Below are positions 13,262 through 25,237 of a stretch of 64,000 bases of DNA, in pieces. The translations under genes were made by a program, and so were the position numbers. Within the stretch, counting starts at the first letter, position 1, and each line of letters starts with the position of its first letter. This DNA comes from Paramecium tetraurelia (Eukaryota). The stretch lies in NCBI GenBank assembly GCA_000165425.1, contig CT868053.1, forward strand, positions 62,001 through 126,000, given 5' to 3'. Under the pieces are notes generated by a model. It did not search any database. It was not told the origin of the DNA and worked only from the letters and a program-made list of their open reading frames with translations.

Positions 13262-13677
13262 AGTGATTAATATAAGAAATGTATATTCAAATAATGATAA
13301 AATATCTTCACCTTCTTAAAAAGCATTATATTGGATATCTTTAAAAGTTTATATATATTAGGTTATTCTAATTACTTGTTTCTAATTTATAAGTGAAGTT
13401 AAGTGAAAGTGAACGAATAGAATTAGAAGTTGTGGCAGTTAAATTCCATAGAACAGTATTGATTTTCAATATGCCAGATATAGCTCTAAAATTCATTATG
13501 ATTATTTTAAGTAACACTTTCCTAAGAAGAAATAATGCAAAAAAAAGTATTGATCGTTAATTAGTTCATCTACATTGTTGAATATATAATATTAAATTAT
13601 CTAGTTCTACAAATCAATTTAGTTCATTGAATGTCGCCACCTATATATTAAAGCTAGTTAGATAGATTAATCAATGT

Positions 13678-13750
13678 GGGGTAGTAGCTCATTTAGTAGA
13701 GCGCGTGATTTGCATTCACGAGGCGCCGAGAGCGAAGCTCGGCTACTCCA
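13678..13750 (+). tRNA. tRNA-Ala(UGC), copy 1
   Basis: Full cloverleaf: acceptor GGGGTAG/CTACTCC with the G3:U70 Ala identity pair, anticodon arm CGTGA-TTTGCAT-TCACG, T stem CCGAG/CTCGG. Followed by a T-run terminator. Confidence 0.92.
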
Positions 13751-14428
13751 ATTTTTTACTTTTATTTTTATATTCATTAAAATTTATTTTTGTTTTAAAA
13801 TTTTACTATTAATATATTATTTTCTTACTTTAACCTTATATCGAAATTCAAAGTCATTTTTCTGAAAAGATATTGTCAGATAATTTTTAGATAACTAGGG
13901 TACAAGAAAGGTATTAATATCATTATGAACTATTGTTATGCAAATTTATTAATTAGTATATGTCTAATCATTTAACACTTTTAAACATATGATTATATAA
14001 ATTAAAATTGTCAACAGTCTATTTGATCATTATACAATATTAGTATAACTAAATAGAAAAAATTTATTTTTCCAACTTAGCTTCTGTAAAAATTTATAAG
14101 TTATTTAAAACAATTTTTTTTCTCATCATATTCTTACGATCTTAATATTATTTCTTAATGAAGATATAATAAGGGTACATGGAAAAATAAAATTTCATAT
14201 AATTTTTCAACCTGCATATGATCATATAACTTTAAGCAATTTAAAATTAATTTTAAAGAAATTTAACAGAAATTGCACTCACATTATTAATTTAACTACT
14301 ATTATTATTTATTACAGTTGACTAAATGTCTTGAATTTTATCCTCAAGCATTCTAAAGATTAATATCGATAGATTAATTTTAAATTTCAAACTATTCTTA
14401 AAAGATAGTTAGATAGATTAATCAATGT

Positions 14429-14501
14429 GGGGTAGTAGCTCATTTAGTAGAGCGCGTGATTTGCATTCACGAGGCGCCGAGAGCGAAGCTCGGCTACTCC
14501 A
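14429..14501 (+). tRNA. tRNA-Ala(UGC), copy 2
   Basis: Identical 73-nt sequence to copy 1, followed by T-runs. Confidence 0.92.
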
Positions 14502-14865
14502 ATTTTTACTTTTTATTTTTTATTTTTTATTCTTTTAATCGGAAAATGCATCACTAAGATACTTTACTTATACTATCTTAGATATATTAAAAAAAATTGA
14601 TAATAAACAAGTATTATCATATGAAGTCTTCGAATTCTTACTTTCCTATATCTAATTCTTAATCATTTAAGCCAAAATATATAGAAAATAAATAATAATT
14701 TCTTGAAATCTTTACATAACAATTAGTAAAATTTATTAAACTAATATTAGCTTCATATTTATAAGTTCAAATTACATTAAGTAATTTGCTTGAATAATTC
14801 AAAATAAATATTTCAATAAACATATACAAATACAATAGACATCATTAACTTAGCCTCACAGATTC

Positions 14866-16314
14866 TCATTATTATTTTAAATAATCAAACATTAATGCAT
14901 AAAATTAGATGATATCTATTTTTTCTTATGAGAACTATTTGAATGCTTATTTCAGTGGGATCTCCTTTTCCTAAAAAAATGGGAGAATATCATTTAGTTT
15001 TAGATATTATTGTTAATTGGAAAAGTGTTAGAATGCTTTTGTTAAGTTTTTTTTTGTAATAATTGATCTCTTATCAGTAAATCTAACAATTAGTTCAATG
15101 TACTATAATTCTTATTGTGATTTAAAAATCTAATTGACAGCAAATAAAGATTAAGACTAGTTATATAAATGTTTAAATTATTTTCGAACTAAAGTTGCTA
15201 GTTGAAATCGAGTTATTCGTTTTGTATTTTTTAATTAAGCGAGATATTCAAGAGAATTATCACTAAACATTTCTGCCATCATATAAAAAAGTATCTGCTA
15301 AAGTGGAACCATAATAATATTGTTAGATTTTTGTGGTAAATTTAATTAAAAAGAGTTCATCAGCGAAGACTCTAAAATTTCAATCATTGAAATTCTGTTT
15401 TGAGGGTTTACTTCAATCATTTAATTGAATAAGTCTTGGATTTCACAATGAAATGAATCATTTATGAAAGGAATCTAATTTCTTCTTTCTTATAAAACAT
15501 CTTCTTAAAAGTCTCTTAAAGAATTTCCAGTAAAAAGTTAAAAGTTATAAACTAATCGAACTCCAATGATTCCTAAAGACCAAATATCATCCTCATAGGT
15601 TGGTTCGATTATTTAATGGTCAAGGTGTGCTTGTAATAACTAAGGGCTTGAATATCTTAGCTTCAATTAAGGTTTTTTATCAGAAATAAAAGTGGAATGT
15701 AAATCCACCAGTTTTAATTAAAATTTTGAAGATTAATCTACAATCTCAAAGCTTTTTAATGTTAAATTACCATGAACAATATCTTTTGAGTGTAAGTATG
15801 AGACGACATTAAAAATCTATCTTAAAATAACTTATTTTTAATGAATAGTAAGATGCTTTGATTCATTTAATATTAATGATTCCAAGCTTCCTCCATTGCA
15901 ATAATTCTTAATAATTGTATACTATGAGCAATGGCAATATATTTCAACAAATTCCTATAAATTTTCATGAAACAAGTTTGAAAATCTGTTAATATAATTA
16001 TTAGTTTTTTCGTTATGGTCTAAAACTTCGGCGATAAAAATTTATCTGGTCAAAATATGCTAAACAATTATAGAATTTTAATTTTGAATGACTTTATCCA
16101 AATGTCTAATCTAATTATAATATTTTAAATAATTCTCTTCGATCACATTCGTAGGTTGAATCACCTCATCTGCGTAATTAAAGTCTAGTTTATGATCTTT
16201 TCTTTTCGAGAAAATTAACGTGGGGGATGCAGGACCTTCTGAAATTAGATTGTTTTGAAGATTTCCTAGATTAAGGCATTTTAGAGTGGATTTCTTTGAA
16301 GAGCAAGCGCCCAT
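14866..16314 (-). CDS. N-acylated CDPK-like pseudokinase
   Basis: MGACSSKK start. Kinase-fold remnants YCNGGSL, YLHSKDIVHGNLT (HRD->HGN), LKLVDLH (DFG->DLH) and DIWSLGII. No GxGxxG loop. Confidence 0.7.
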
Positions 16315-16444
16315 ATGTTTAAAATAGAACTTAATTAATGTTATAAGATATTAAAAAATAGAAACTTAATATATTGAAATATCACAATTTAGTTGTAACA
16401 TCCTAAAATAATATGTACATATATAGAACTCAATTTGAATGATT

Positions 16445-17518
16445 TCATTTTAATTAATAGTTCCTCGTAAAATAATTATGCCCGCATCCTCTCTATTCTT
16501 TCAATTTTCATCAAAATGAAATGAATAAATTTATTTCTTCGTTTGCTATGCTTTTAATAATAAAAACGACTGATATATTATGTAAAATAATATTACAAAC
16601 CATTTACGAATTAAATGCCAAGCCAAACAAAATATGAAGTTCTTACATTATTTTCAATAATCATTTTGAATGTTCAAGTGGAAGGTGTAAAATGGTTCAG
16701 CATTTTTTGATGTTAAAGTTTAAACAAAGAATAGTGCGAAATTGACACTCCTCTAAACTAATCATTCATTAAGGTTTAAAGTAACCAAGAAGAAATCCAT
16801 TTTGCTGCTTTCTATATTTAGAATTTATTATGTTGGAATAAGTGTAGAAGTTCTTAGAATTTTTTTTGTAAACATACGATAATCATCATTCTCATGAATT
16901 CTAATAATATTATAGATATTTAAATTAGACTAGATAAGAAGATTAATATTGTAATCATTCATTTCTAATTTGAAATGATTTAGTCTTTTAATGTGCTATT
17001 CTTCTAAGTGGTTTTTAAGTCTCAGAGATTTCTTGCTTGTCTTAATTTCCTGTTTCGATATCAATCACAATTAAAGATTTCTTAAACTCCACTTTTTTTC
17101 TTTAAAATTTTGTTACTGGTGCCAATATTTTTGAATCTTATCTTTTTAGGAATAACTTAGTTCGTTTTTAGTGTCTCTCAAATTCAGCAGGAGATGCGTT
17201 TCGCGATTCTTGGACTATGATAGGAATTTCAGGTAAAGATCTCTAAAATCTCTTTGGTCTGGCTGGGACTATTTTAGGTAAACGGAAATGATAAGGAATT
17301 TCGATAAGTGGATCACTCTCACATTGAGTGTATATTTTATTTCCTACATTTCTTTCTGTAACTTCTCCCTCAGTTTTTAAAGAATAAGGAAGAACATCAA
17401 GTTAGTTTAAGAAAAGAGATGGTCTCATCGCTCTTGTAGTTGTTGCCTCTTTTTTTGGTGAAACCTCTTTCGAAGCAATACAAGGAAGATGAAATCTATT
17501 TGAGGTTAGATTAGACAT
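16445..17518 (-). CDS. hypothetical protein
   Basis: MSNLTSNRFHLPCIASKEVSPKK.. with long code-6 frames. Exon boundaries and 3' end are approximate. Confidence 0.45.
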
Positions 17519-17786
17519 AAGGCTTCAATTTTTATTTTAATAAATGATTTTAGAAATTAATTTATTTAAGTATTATATATTCAAACTAATTAAACTGTTG
17601 TTATCTGTAAATTACTTATTATCTAATACTAATATTATTAATAATAAACTCAATTTAATCATATATAAGAAATTAAGGAGTGAGATAATTTTAATTGATA
17701 TTTTCAAATCAGTTCGCAAATTGTTAGAAATAAAAGATTATTAATTTTAAAAGTTTTTAACATTTCTGAATTATTTTAATTATTTT

Positions 17787-20027
17787 ATGAATTGGAATTA
17801 ATTTGAGGCAATTCACTAAGAGGTTATATAAAATCTAGAAAATAATGGATTCGCTACTCCAACACCTGTATAAGTTGAAGTTCTTAATAATTACCAAAAG
17901 CATAAGCATATTATCATAGCATCTTAAACAGGATCAGGAAAAACATTGGCATTTGGAATTCCATTAATTTCTGAGATCTTGAAGAACATGGACAAATATC
18001 CAGCTAAACAAATCATAGCTTTAATCCTTACTCCGACCAGAGAGTTGGCAATGTAAATTTATAAACATTTGAAAGCAATCACAAACTTGTCTATTGGTTG
18101 TTTAGTAGGAGGGATGTCTAAAGAGAAATAAAAAAGAATTATAAATGCAGCTCCAGTGATATTAATCGCAACACCAGGCAGATTGTGGGATTTCATTGAA
18201 AATGAAGAAAATGACAAAATAAAAAACTTGAATCTCATTAAATTTTTAATTATTGACGAGGCTGACAGAATGGTGGAATTGGGTCATTTTCCATAACTCG
18301 ACAATATTATGACCAAAATTACAACTCCATCTTAAATAACTCATGACAAAGATCGAATTCTTTCCATGATGAATGAACAAAGTGAAGCAGCTTATCTGAA
18401 CAATTAAAAAATTACATTTGAAGTTGAAAAACCAGTTGAAATGTCTTATGAAGATTTTATTAAATTATAAAATGGTAAAGGTAAGATTTACATTGATAAT
18501 GATGTAATTTAAAATGACATAGAAGAAATAAATAAAGATGATGAAGTAGAATAAGAAGGATAAGAAGAATAAGAAGTAGAAGAGGAGGAAGAATAAGAGT
18601 AAGAAGATGATGTGGAAGAAGAGGAAGATGAAGAAGAAGGAGAGGAAGGAGAAGAAGAAGATGGTGAAGAAGGAGAAGATGAAGAATAAAATGAAGAAGA
18701 TATTTAAGAAGAAGAAAATGAAGATGAAGATGATGAATAAATTCAGGAGGATGAGGATGAAAATGATGAGGTAGAAGAAAATTAGCAAGGAAAAAGAAAA
18801 GCAAAGAAAGAATAAAAACAGAAATAAAAGAAGAAACCTTAAAATTTTTAATAATAGGAATACACCTTAAAGACCAGAAATGAATTAAGAACATTTTTAG
18901 TCTCTGCCACATTAACTCATTAATTCAAGACTGGGTCAAAATTCTAATTCTTGAAGACTTCAAAAAATGATTAATAAAACTCAGCAGATAAATTATTAAT
19001 GAAACAGATGAAAGCTACTGTTCCTAAATTATAATCACTCTTAGGTAAATTGAAGGTCAAAGAATAACCCTATATAATTGATTTAACATAGTAACTAGTA
19101 TTCCCAGAGAAATTATAATTCTATAAATCATTAATGGAAGAGGATGATAAGCTTTTACACATCTATCATTGGTTTAAAAACAATGAAGATTAAACATTCA
19201 TCATCTTCTTGAATTCAATTACATATGCAAACAAAGTGACATCCATGCTAAAAGTTCTTGGAGTAATAATATTATGTGATTATTTTAGCTTCCAGCTGTT
19301 ACTTTACATTCTTAATAGTAATAAAGATAAAGATTAACTAAATTAGATTAGTTCACAGCCAAAAAGAGCAATATCATGGTTTGCACTGATGTAGCTGCAA
19401 GAGGTCTTGATATTGTGGGTGTTGAAAATGTTATTCATTATCAAGTTCCCTTTACAGCTGATACATTTGTCCATAGATGTGGTAGAACTGCCAGAATCAA
19501 TAGAGAAGGAAAAACCTTAGTTTTAATAGGACCAAAAGATATGGCAAGATTCGCTAAATTGGAGAGTGATTTATTAAGCAGTGGAATTAAATTCGAAGAT
19601 TTCAAATTATCGTTTAATTAAGTGAAAAAGACCAGAGACATGATCAAGTAAGCCTAGAGATTGGAGAAGGAGGATCACTCTTTGAAAAAGAAGAAGAATA
19701 TGAAGGATGCTTTATAGAAGTAATTAAAGAACGATGACTTTGATTTAGATGAAAAAGAATTGAAGTAGGAATTGGAAAATGTATTTAAATTATTAATAAT
19801 TATAGATTGAAGAGGAATTAATTTAGAAGAGGAAGAAGTTGGATCATGAGAAGATGCAATACTAATAAATAGTATCATAGAAGAACAAGTTAGATGGTAG
19901 ATTTGATAGGAGAAGAAATGGATTATTCTTAACTCCTGAAGATACACTGTAATTAGCTGAAAGATTGAAGCATCAGAAAGAGATGCTTCAATAAAAATAA
20001 TAATACTAAAAAAACAAAAAGGGTTGA
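17787..20027 (+). CDS. DDX24: DEAD-box RNA helicase DDX24/Mak5-like
   Basis: Q motif GFATPTPVQ, SQTGSGKT, PTRELA, DEADRMVELGHF (DDX24/Mak5-type), SAT, TDVAARGLDI and HRCGRTAR. TGA 20025-20027. Confidence 0.85.
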
Positions 20028-20102
20028 TTTATTATTATTAGGTTACAAGAGTTTTATTGTATTTTTTTAATTAAATTAAAATAAAAATAAATTAATTCTG
20101 GC

Positions 20103-20455
20103 ATGTAATCACCCAATCCAGCAGGAGCTTAATTGTAATAACAATTGGAAATTTTGTAAAAAGGATTTGAATAACTTGTTCAAAGAGTTCCAGAAACTAT
20201 CCATTTATCTTGTTTATCCTAAAATAGCAAAGATGTCAATAGATATTCAGATTGTAATTTGTTAAATTAATCCAAGGCATGATGAAAAGAAGTAAGAGAG
20301 TAGATAAAGAGATGAGATTATTTGATTTCAAGATGGTCTTCATGGGAAATCAATTTGAAAAGTGCATTTAATCAGGTGACACTGATAAATGTGTAGAATC
20401 AGCTAAAGCAGATGTCTAGAGATATATCAATGAATTCCAAAAAAATATAAATTGA
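20103..20455 (+). CDS. small 4-Cys helical protein A (109 aa)
   Basis: Intron 20254-20276 lies inside a Cys codon. Pattern C-x13-C-x28-C-x8-C. Confidence 0.8.
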
Positions 20456-20827
20456 TAAAATTATATATTTCATGAATTTTAAATGATACTCAAATATTAA
20501 AATATCTCTTAATACAAAAAAAATATCAAAGAAAGATCTCAAAACATATTTGGTTCTTACAATAATTATTTATTGAGTTTATGTTCAAGTAGTATTAGTC
20601 ATAATCTTAGAAATTTATACGCTATTAAATAATTAAAATAGAGCTATATCAAGATTAATTAATTTTTATGTCAGATTATAAAATAATTAATCTTTAAGAA
20701 CATAATTATCAATACAATCAACAAATGGTTTTCTAAAATAACAGAGATTAGATTACCATTATATCTAATGATTTTAACATATTTATAGAAACAATTTTAT
20801 GAATTTATTATAAAATAATTATTATTT

Positions 20828-21200
20828 ATGGCTGAGTAGAAATAGTAATTGTTTCTAAAATAATTAACTGTTAATATGTAATCCCTCTAACGATACATTT
20901 AAAAGGAAACTAATGAATAAAGAGAGAAATGCTATCAAATTTATTTGTAATCCAATCAAAATTATGATGATTATTCTAAATGTAATTGCTATTCTATTAT
21001 TAATAGGCATTCAATAATTATAAACTAAGAGAAAATCAGTAGATTGTACTTATGAATTAATGGTTAAATATTGGCCTTTTTGGACATAAAATTGTTTTGA
21101 GAAAGCAGACTCTAAAGATTAATTTTTGAATTGTTAGTAACATACAACAGAATCTTTAACCAATTTTTTATAGAACTCAATCAATTAATTATAAATTTGA
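20828..21200 (+). CDS. small 4-Cys helical protein B (115 aa)
   Basis: Intron 20982-21006 lies inside a Cys codon. Pattern C-x16-C-x28-C-x12-C, plus one extra Cys. Confidence 0.75.
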
Positions 21201-21418
21201 ATCATATAGATATATGAACACATTATAGATTTATTATGCTTAGGTTCTAATTGAATTTTATGAATATCATATAGTAAGAATGTTCCAATTTTAATATGAA
21301 TTGTAATTAATATTGAATGAGATCATCCTCAAAATTAATGAATAATGTCTTTATATTAATTAGTCAATTTTTCAAGACTAATTTATTAATATTATATAAT
21401 TTAGAATTCCAAAACCTA

Positions 21419-22314
21419 ATGCTTATTAGTAAACTACCTCTATTGGAATAAGCAACATCATAAAAAGCACTTTTCAATAAAACAAAAATAAACTACGAAA
21501 TCTCAAATAGTTTAAGTGTGGAGAAAGCTTACAGATAGACAAACGCACTTAAATCGAAAAGACAGTTAAGTATTATAAAGCAATCCAATGAGAACAAAAA
21601 GCAAATACCCACATAAAATGATGAATCTATTTTAAAAAGAATTTAAGTAACCAAATCGTAATCTGATTGCCAGATTATGGAGAGACTACAACAAGAATTT
21701 GAACAAAAGTATTAGGAACAAGTAAATAGAGATTTTGGTTATTTAGGTTAGGATTTCTGAGGATTTAAAACTAGAAAATGTTAAATTAAAAATGCAGTTA
21801 GAGGAGTAGGAATAATAAATAATTTATCTAAAATTGATAAATAGTGATTTACGATACTAGATAGATAACTCTACTTTGGCATAATAACTAAAGAAGTTGG
21901 AGTTAGAATATAAGGATACTTATAGAAGAATGGATGATACTTTGAGAAAAGCGATTGATGAAAATTACGAAAGTTAAATAAAAATGAAAAATTTATAAAT
22001 AAAATCTCAACAGTTAGAATAATTTACAGTAAGAATTATACTAATGAGATAGTTTTCTTTGAGACAGCAACTTACTTGCAAATTCTGTAGAAAGGAATTG
22101 TAGAACACAATAACTGTGATTCCATGTGCGCATAATTATTGCTAGCGATGTGTTTCTGGATATGTGGGGAGATGCTTTGCTTGCAATGATGATGTAATTA
22201 TTTAATATATTGAATTAGAGTGTTGTTTAAGCTACTTATCACAATGAATATATTAGCGATTTAATAAATATGTATAAAATATTTGAGAATATTATGATTA
22301 TATTAAAAACTTGA
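21419..22314 (+). CDS. coiled-coil + C3HC4 RING finger protein
   Basis: LTCKFC..VIPCAHNYCQRC..GRCFAC follows a long Q/E/K-rich coiled coil. Three short introns. Confidence 0.75.
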
Positions 22315-22389
22315 TGATAATTTATAAAAAGTTATTTTTAAGAAACTATAGAATATTAAAATTTATTGATTAAATATATATAATAAAAG

Positions 22390-22766
22390 TCAGAGGTTAA
22401 GTAAACCTTAGTAGTATTCATTATAGACATCATGTAATTATGATTCAATTCTTTGATGACATCTTTCATATTCTCGATCATTAGTATTTCCTTTGTAACA
22501 TTCAAGAGCTTGTTTTTCAATGAAGAGCATCTTGATGGAGAGGTATTTTGCAAAGTTGTCAATTTTACCTTCATGTCTTTCCATACCTAAATATGTTGAA
22601 TAAGAAATTTACATGTGGCAAAGAGTTCGAAGGTTTTTGAATTTCTGAGACAAATTTCCTTCTGTTTTTCAGCCAAGTCTTTTTGTTTGAGCATTTGATC
22701 TATCGAGATTGAACCGTCTTCTTAGAAGTTTTTGAAGTCATTTTCATATTACTATTTTCTTTACAT
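22390..22766 (-). CDS. small 4-Cys helical protein C (116 aa)
   Basis: Intron 22587-22612 lies inside a Cys codon. Pattern C-x12-C-x28-C-x12-C. CLRNSK..KMLF resembles CLSQNSK..KMVF of protein A. Confidence 0.8.
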
Positions 22767-22953
22767 TTGTTTTTGTGTATTTAATATTGATTTAGAGAGA
22801 TAAGATATTGGTTGGTTTTGAATTATGATAATTCATCATAACAGTATATTAATTTCCAATTTAGATGATTTATTATGCAATAACATATTTCGTCATTTAT
22901 TAAAATCATTTATTTATTTTATATTTATATGATGATATAATATAACAGGCTAA

Positions 22954-25006
22954 TCACACTTATGTGGGTAATGTATCAAAGTTGGGTTTTCTTTACATCT
23001 TGAGAATCACAAATTCCAAGATCGTATCAATAGCTATGAGTACGAGGAAGGTTATTGTCCAAATGAAATCAATTTCAAATAGTAGAAGAATAGAGATGTT
23101 TAAGGCTAGAGATAGGATCAGCTCTATGATTTATATCCACTTTCTGTTTGACTAAAAGAATCTAAATATCTGGAGTATAATTAAGTCAATGAGTCCAGAA
23201 ATTGAAAAATGTATATTTAATTGAAATAAACACCCAATTAAAGCCTGTGAAATTATAATTCTAATTAAAACTCTATAAATTATGTATGAATTTTGAGATT
23301 TCGATTTGTTACTCTGACTTTGTTGTTTGACTTCCCCTAAAAACTTGATATCACACTGTCTAACAGAGTCAGGTATTTCCTATAACGAAGGATTTGTCTA
23401 AAGATTGATAATATTTCTAGATTGTATAATTTGTTAACCAGACTATTTCCTAGTCATGGTTGGTGTTTTAAGCAAATTCTTCATAGGTGAAACAACAGTC
23501 ATACTATTTCTATTCTAAGTACCTGATTCGGGAACAGTTTAGATGGTTATGGTACCCTTTTTTGATAATGTTCGATGGAGACGGAGGGTATTTTAAAGTG
23601 TAAAGTCTGAGGATTACCCTGAATTTCTAGTGAGTCGTTATTGAGGATTATGCGTAGGAGTTGATTTCTTAAGGGTAAGGTTCGATTGAGTTGTTTATAA
23701 GTTTGATTAGTTTATTTAGTTCAGTTAGTTAGTTTTGAAATGCATGTGATAAAATAGATAGAGCAAGATAATGAATACAAAGGCTGCAAAAGATATGTGG
23801 ATGATGAAGTACATAAATTATAATATATAAATAAAATATTCTTAGTAATCACCAAGAGCTTTTTGAAGGAATCTTGGAATTCCAATGAGGATTCATCAAA
23901 CACTTTAACTGAAATGAATTATCATCAGTTCTTGTATCAATTGTTAGTATAGTAACACGTATGTAAATATTATATTTTAATCATTCATAGTAGTGCTCCT
24001 TGGCTGATGAGGAAATCAAGAGTTTCCAAATTATCAGTTGGATTCCAACTTATTAACTATAAGGATAGATGATTCGTAGATATCATATCAAATAATATCA
24101 GTACCAGAGTTACTCTCAAAATACCGTACCAGTACCAATTCTAATATATTTTTTAATGTTTAAATTATTAATATGATCTCTGGTACTCTTAGTAATGATG
24201 CTCATTTCAATTCCCAATTCAAAAGTGTTTGTAGTTTCTCATGGTATGTGTTGAGCTTTACTATCTAATACATCTATGAGACATTACCATTTTGAATGGT
24301 GTGCTTTGATAAGACTGACTTTTCTAAGCCACACTAAACATATTCAGTGAAAAGATTACCTAGTGAATACAGTCTACTATAGGGAGACTTTAGTGGACTA
24401 CTTAGTTAAACGAGCAATATTAGTTATCAATCTAATAGCATAATTATAAAGGTCTAGAAGACTATTAGGGGGCATTAAGTTTTTATTTGCTGTCTTATAT
24501 AATTTTCGTTATGGGGTTTAATGTTCTATGAATTGAGAGTTCCTTATTTAAGTTCTCTTAAACCTTTTAAAGATTATCACCTTTCTTTAGGTTTTTGATG
24601 TTTATCCATACATACTAGTATACCTATTAAATAAATGACTATAATTTCAAAAATGAGCATCTTAATTAAGAAAAGGTTTCAAATTTCAAAAATATTGTAT
24701 GTAATAAATTACGTTTGTTATTATAATTCCCTGAATGATGGATATACTCTTACTAAACCTTTGCGTTCTGAATGTATAAATTTCATCATTTCATTTAACA
24801 AATACTAAACCTCTTAATATTCACTGATTTCTCTGATTCAAATTCTAATCACAATCTCTTATAGCTTTTCTAATTTGTTTTAGTGGATATGTTCCTACCA
24901 TCTTTTGATTTTAGTTATGTTTCTTTTTAATAAACTTTTAGAGGACTAAGCTACTTTTTGTATTTAATAATTATAAGTTAAATATTTCTGATTCATATTG
25001 TTACAT
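22954..25006 (-). CDS. hypothetical protein with C-terminal transmembrane segments
   Basis: Spliceable code-6 frame from MQQYESEIFNL. Hydrophobic C-terminus IIELILSLALNISILLLF..IWTITFLVLIAIDTIL. 5' exon structure is tentative. Confidence 0.6.
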
Positions 25007-25237
25007 TTTTAACTGCCTCTATTGTCTCGGTTCTTATTTAAAATTCTAAATAAATCACTATATATCGCCTATAAATCTCAATAGATGACGCAGTATATTT
25101 GATAAAAGGATACAACGTTGAAAATCTATTTCCAACGTCATAAATTAATAGCAAACCAAATAATATGAATCAGCAGATCTAAGTGTTTATGGAAAATTAA
25201 TAAAATCTTTTTATATATCTAAAACAAAAGAAAAAAT

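Larger units (their letters stand above)
13655..14522 (+). repeat. direct duplication of ~115 bp (about 13655-13772 and 14406-14522) containing the tRNA genes
   Basis: Both copies share the 5' flank TAGTTAGATAGATTAATCAATGT, the tRNA body and a T-rich 3' flank. Offset is 751 bp. Confidence 0.9.

Noticed and set aside
13674..13865. 63-aa ORF MWGSSSFSRARD..
   Set aside because: Overlaps the tRNA-Ala gene and its T-rich terminator.
18460..18912. Long His/Leu- and Phe/Ile-rich minus-strand ORFs in the track
   Set aside because: Antisense shadows of the GAA-rich acidic insert of the helicase.
20470..20810. Possible fourth member of the small 4-Cys family
   Set aside because: No frame on either strand gives the C-x28-C pattern or the shared intron.
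24300..24800. Possible myosin-head-like motifs (GLEKSVL)
   Set aside because: They lie in a frame interrupted by TGA. The continuous frame shows no P-loop.
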